Shown here piece after piece: positions 60,823 through 64,000 of a stretch of 64,000 nucleotides of DNA. Each line of letters starts with the position of its first letter. Within the stretch, counting starts at the first letter, position 1. A program made the translations under genes and the position numbers. Source of the DNA: an uncultured Alphaproteobacteria bacterium (GTDB lineage Bacteria > Pseudomonadota > Alphaproteobacteria > VGEJ01); the NCBI GenBank assembly GCA_913041535.1, contig CAJWJK010000002.1, positions 138,793 to 202,792 on the forward strand, given 5' to 3'. Below the pieces are notes generated by a model that worked only from the letters and a program-made list of their open reading frames with translations, searched no databases and had not been told where the DNA came from.

Positions 60823-62022
60823 TTAGAGCAAATCGTCTTGGTTATCGGGTGGAATTGGCGCCATAGTAAGGAATGGTCGGATAACTACTCCGTCGCGGAT
60901 TTGCAGCGGTTCTGTGGGTAGACCTAATAGAGTGCGCACTAACTGAGCTGGAAAGTTTCCACCAGCCGCAAATGAACCGCCAACTGACCCGCTAAATCTA
61001 GATCCAGCATCAAATAAAAGAGGCTGCTGTCCGTTTGCCAACACGATATCAAAATCACCAGCGCCGTCGACCTGAAAGGCTGAACACAACTTTTTTGCAT
61101 AGTCTAATACAGTGGGATCCATTGTTACCCGATGGCCCGTGCTGGTAGGCCAGAAAGGGTTTCTTAGTTGACGCAGGCGTGCCGCAATGTCGGAGAGTTT
61201 TCCGGCCGTCGCTATGCAATCAACATCAAATACTGGTCCTTCATAATAGGGAACGCAAATCAGCCGTTCGAAAGTCATGTGTTCTTGTTCCATGGCGATG
61301 CAAAGGTCTTCAAAACTACCGGTGCCGCAAAAGCGTTCGGGTAGCAGCGGGTGGAAACTATCTTTCTTTGCATCGGCGATGAGCACCCCTCGAGAACCAC
61401 GACCCTCGCGTGGTTTGATGACAACGCGATGATCAGGATATCCCATGGTGTACACGGCATCTTTTGCCTCATAGAGCGTGTTGACGCCAATGAATGGTCC
61501 GGTATCGATCTCTAGGTCTTTAAGCTTTTGAAGCATCAATAATTTGTCTGTCATAACACGGACTGTATCTATGCTACTAACGGACGGTTTGATGCCTTTA
61601 CTTAATAATACTTCGCGGTGTTTTGCAGCGAGCCGGGACTCTGCTTCGGACAATGGTATATATACATCCAAGCTGATCTGTTGGTGCAGGGAAAGCAAGG
61701 AATCAAGATACCGTTCCTCATCATTCTCTGCCATTGGAAGGACATCAAAACGGTCACATAAAAGGCGTCCAGCTGCGTTCGGGTCAGCATCAATGCCGAC
61801 TATTCGTGCATGAAAATCAGTCGCGGCACGTAATGCTCGAATAAAATCATAGATCAAGCGTCCACCGACGCACGTAACGCACACGGTCACTGTAGGAACG
61901 GACGCGTGAGACCCTTTGATGGCCACTCGACTAGTAATAGGACAAGAGGCTTGACCCTGTCCTATGAAAGGAACCGTCCACAGAAATGTCGAGACGAGCG
62001 TTACTGATCTGGTGGGGGCCAT
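60823..62022 (-). CDS. ATP-grasp domain enzyme
   Basis: VVIKPREGRGSRGVLIAD is the ATP-grasp central-domain motif. The N-terminus VTCVGGRLIYDFIRALR resembles a pre-ATP-grasp Rossmann fold. The ORF-track start overlaps the upstream PhyH gene by 92 nt. GTG at 61890 is an alternative start. Confidence 0.55.
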   Translation of the reverse strand: MAPTRSVTLVSTFLWTVPFIGQGQASCPITSRVAIKGSHASVPTVTVCVTCVGGRLIYDFIRALRAATDFHARIVGIDADPNAAGRLLCDRFDVLPMAENDEERYLDSLLSLHQQISLDVYIPLSEAESRLAAKHREVLLSKGIKPSVSSIDTVRVMTDKLLMLQKLKDLEIDTGPFIGVNTLYEAKDAVYTMGYPDHRVVIKPREGRGSRGVLIADAKKDSFHPLLPERFCGTGSFEDLCIAMEQEHMTFERLICVPYYEGPVFDVDCIATAGKLSDIAARLRQLRNPFWPTSTGHRVTMDPTVLDYAKKLCSAFQVDGAGDFDIVLANGQQPLLFDAGSRFSGSVGGSFAAGGNFPAQLVRTLLGLPTEPLQIRDGVVIRPFLTMAPIPPDNQDDLL

Positions 62023-62884
62023 ATACCTGACGGTTCGCTCTGTCTAAAAGAGAGTCTGTTCCAGAATTAGGTGATTTGCTTAGAAGATATCTCAATGAGA
62101 TACGCGGAGCCGCGCTGTTATTCGGGCCTGTCCCATGCAATGTTAAACAGTGAAAACTAAACACAGTCCCTGGCTGGCCTACTACCGTTTCTTCGGTACA
62201 CGTTTCATGGTTTCCATTGAAGTCTGAATAGTACCATAGACTTGTGTTAAGGTGGGATCGGCGTAGAAGGTGAGGGTAGTGTGTCATTCCAAGTTTATGG
62301 CTGCCAGATAAAATATGTAGCGCTGAGTCGCTTTCGTCAACTTCGTCAAGATAGATATATACCGTAACAAAATTTGAATTGGGACGAGTCTTATCCTGAT
62401 GGAAGTCAGTTGATAGAAAATACTGAATATCCTGAAACTCGTCTTTAATAAATGGATTTAGGTTTGGCCGTCCAACTTCGCTAAGATAGCCAGTCATCCA
62501 GTCTGGAATAACGCTATGTGGCACTGACCGGATTACTGATTTCTTCATAATGGAGTAGTCTTTTCCAACCAATTCTGTTGCAAAACACTTAAACTCATAA
62601 TTATTCTCAATAAATGCTAAGTCGACTTCCGGGCTGATTAAGAGATTGTGATCAGCTCTCCCAGGAGCATAATTACTCCACCGCCCTTTTTCATTGAAGG
62701 CATCTTCGCTGTGATAGAATATGGTGCTATCAATTGGTCTGCGGTCATCGATCCATTGCCGTAACGAGTGGCAAGGTTTTGGATCAAGAATTGTTCCACC
62801 GGTTGCCCACCCCTTCTCGGAGAATTCGGAGATGGTAAAGTGCGTCTTGGAGGTATGGGGTTTCGATAATTTAGGATCTGTCAT
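61931..62884 (-). CDS. PhyH-family Fe(II)/2-oxoglutarate-dependent dioxygenase
   Basis: FHQD is an HxD facial-triad motif. HCLTLHGTGPN...RISLRY supplies the distal His and the Arg for 2OG binding. Confidence 0.7.
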   Translation of the reverse strand: MTDPKLSKPHTSKTHFTISEFSEKGWATGGTILDPKPCHSLRQWIDDRRPIDSTIFYHSEDAFNEKGRWSNYAPGRADHNLLISPEVDLAFIENNYEFKCFATELVGKDYSIMKKSVIRSVPHSVIPDWMTGYLSEVGRPNLNPFIKDEFQDIQYFLSTDFHQDKTRPNSNFVTVYIYLDEVDESDSALHILSGSHKLGMTHYPHLLRRSHLNTSLWYYSDFNGNHETCTEETVVGQPGTVFSFHCLTLHGTGPNNSAAPRISLRYLLSKSPNSGTDSLLDRANRQVYGPHQISNARLDISVDGSFHRTGSSLLSYY

Positions 62885-62944
62885 TTTACTACCGGCAGCA
62901 ACATTGTTCTGTGCGGCGTTGATTCAATATGCTCGATTTGGTTT

Positions 62945-64000
62945 TCATGATGCGGAAGAATCTCGGGAAGATCCACCGTCATTATTGGACGAACTGGTGT
63001 CATCATAGCGCCGTTGATTGAGAGCGTGCACATACGCACGAGCACAGGCCATATTTGGATCGGCGCCCGAACCCTCGCCTATAAGATCTCTTGTACCATT
63101 ACCTAGTTGTACAGTGACCTTAGTTTGTGTGTTGTCATTCATAGAAAGGCCGTTGAGGCGAACAAAAGCCAACTCATCGTCGTGAGGCACCAACTGCTTT
63201 ATTGCGCTTATAATAGCGGAGAATGAACTTTCACCGGTTGCATTTGCAGTCATTGTTTCTGGCCTGCCTCCCACAGAAAGGGTGACATTTGCCTCTGCTG
63301 TTGCGTCGGCCATAGTCGTAATGTTTAGTGACGTCACTCCAATGTGCTCTTTCTTCTTGAAAGTGGCATCTTTAACGGTATCAATTATTTCTTCGGCGAG
63401 CGATCCAATATCTTCATCAGAGATTTCCTTCTTGCTGTCAGCTAGAGCTTTGAAGCGTTCAAATGCTTCAGCTAAGGCATTTTCGCCAAGAGTGTAACCC
63501 AATTCAGATAGCTTAACGCGAAGAGCGTGGCGACCCGAGTGTTTTCCCATAACAAGCTGTGTCCCGCTGGCACCAACAGCTTTTGGGTTGATTATCTCAT
63601 ATGTTCCTCGATGACTAATGACACCATGCTGATGAATTCCCGATTCATGTGCAAATGCATTGCTGCCAACAATGGCCTTATTTGGCGGAACCACGAATCC
63701 TGTTATGTTTGACACGAGTCGTGACGCTTCTGTGAGAAACTCCGTATCTATGCCAGTGTGGTACGGCATCGCGTCATACCGGGTCTTCAGTCCCATGACG
63801 ATCTCTTCGAGAGATGCGTTGCCAGCTCTCTCTCCAAGGCCATTAATCGTACATTCGACCTGAAGAGCACCTGCTTGAACAGCCGACAGAGAGTTTGCTG
63901 TCGCAAGTCCGAGATCATCGTGACAATGTACAGATATTCGCACTTTATCAATTCCAGGAACCCTTCGCAGGAGATCTTTGATGAGCGATGAGAACTCGTG
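62945..64000 (-). CDS. leuA: 2-isopropylmalate synthase-like (LeuA/DRE-TIM family) protein. The C-terminal part is present and the N-terminus lies beyond the window end.
   Basis: HCHDDLGLATANSLSAVQAGALQVECTINGLGERAGNASLEE is the LeuA catalytic TIM-barrel motif. The C-terminal LeuA_dimer regulatory domain is present. The frame remains open to position 64000. Confidence 0.8.
   Translation of the reverse strand, partial: HEFSSLIKDLLRRVPGIDKVRISVHCHDDLGLATANSLSAVQAGALQVECTINGLGERAGNASLEEIVMGLKTRYDAMPYHTGIDTEFLTEASRLVSNITGFVVPPNKAIVGSNAFAHESGIHQHGVISHRGTYEIINPKAVGASGTQLVMGKHSGRHALRVKLSELGYTLGENALAEAFERFKALADSKKEISDEDIGSLAEEIIDTVKDATFKKKEHIGVTSLNITTMADATAEANVTLSVGGRPETMTANATGESSFSAIISAIKQLVPHDDELAFVRLNGLSMNDNTQTKVTVQLGNGTRDLIGEGSGADPNMACARAYVHALNQRRYDDTSSSNNDGGSSRDSSAS

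Noticed and set aside
62945-64000. LeuA-like gene as a member of the glycan cluster
   Set aside because: It carries a full LeuA catalytic motif and a LeuA_dimer regulatory domain, so the housekeeping 2-isopropylmalate synthase is the simpler reading. Only a 60-nt gap separates it from the PhyH operon, so co-transcription cannot be excluded. Its N-terminus is outside the window.

Overview
This window reads as chromosomal DNA from an alphaproteobacterium. The evidence is a ctaC-ctaD-ctaB-coxF-like-ctaG-ctaE-DUF983-surf1 aa3 cytochrome oxidase cluster and a glycine-riboswitch-controlled gcvTHP operon.

Positions 1 to about 33000 are mostly housekeeping genes. They include a heparinase II/III-like gene that runs off the left edge and is missing from the ORF track, then rpe, rsmB, speD/speE, ETF-QO, a family-4 UDG, a lytic transglycosylase, moaB, tldD, the cox cluster, M32 and M16 peptidases, gcvTHP and ispE.

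Positions 33200 to about 62900 form a large surface-glycan locus that looks AT-richer. It has two parts.

- Export machinery related to E. coli YjbEFGH/GfcABCD (group-4-capsule-like). It comprises a small Ala/Thr-rich secreted protein, a YjbF-like lipoprotein, a 962-aa Wza-like protein with multiple SLBB domains, and a 992-aa YjbH-like protein carrying four internal tandem modules.
- A biosynthetic block. It comprises three GT4 glycosyltransferases, a Wzz-like and a Wzy-like protein, four sulfotransferase domains (one fused to an FkbM methyltransferase), three or four other methyltransferases, and an MsbA/PglK-like ABC exporter. A nucleotide-sugar tailoring module follows: LmbE-like deacetylase, class-III aminotransferase, formyltransferase, SpsF-like cytidylyltransferase, aldo-keto reductase, MBL-fold protein, ATP-grasp and PhyH dioxygenase.

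The window ends inside a leuA-like gene. I found no CRISPR array, rRNA, tRNA or obvious mobile element.
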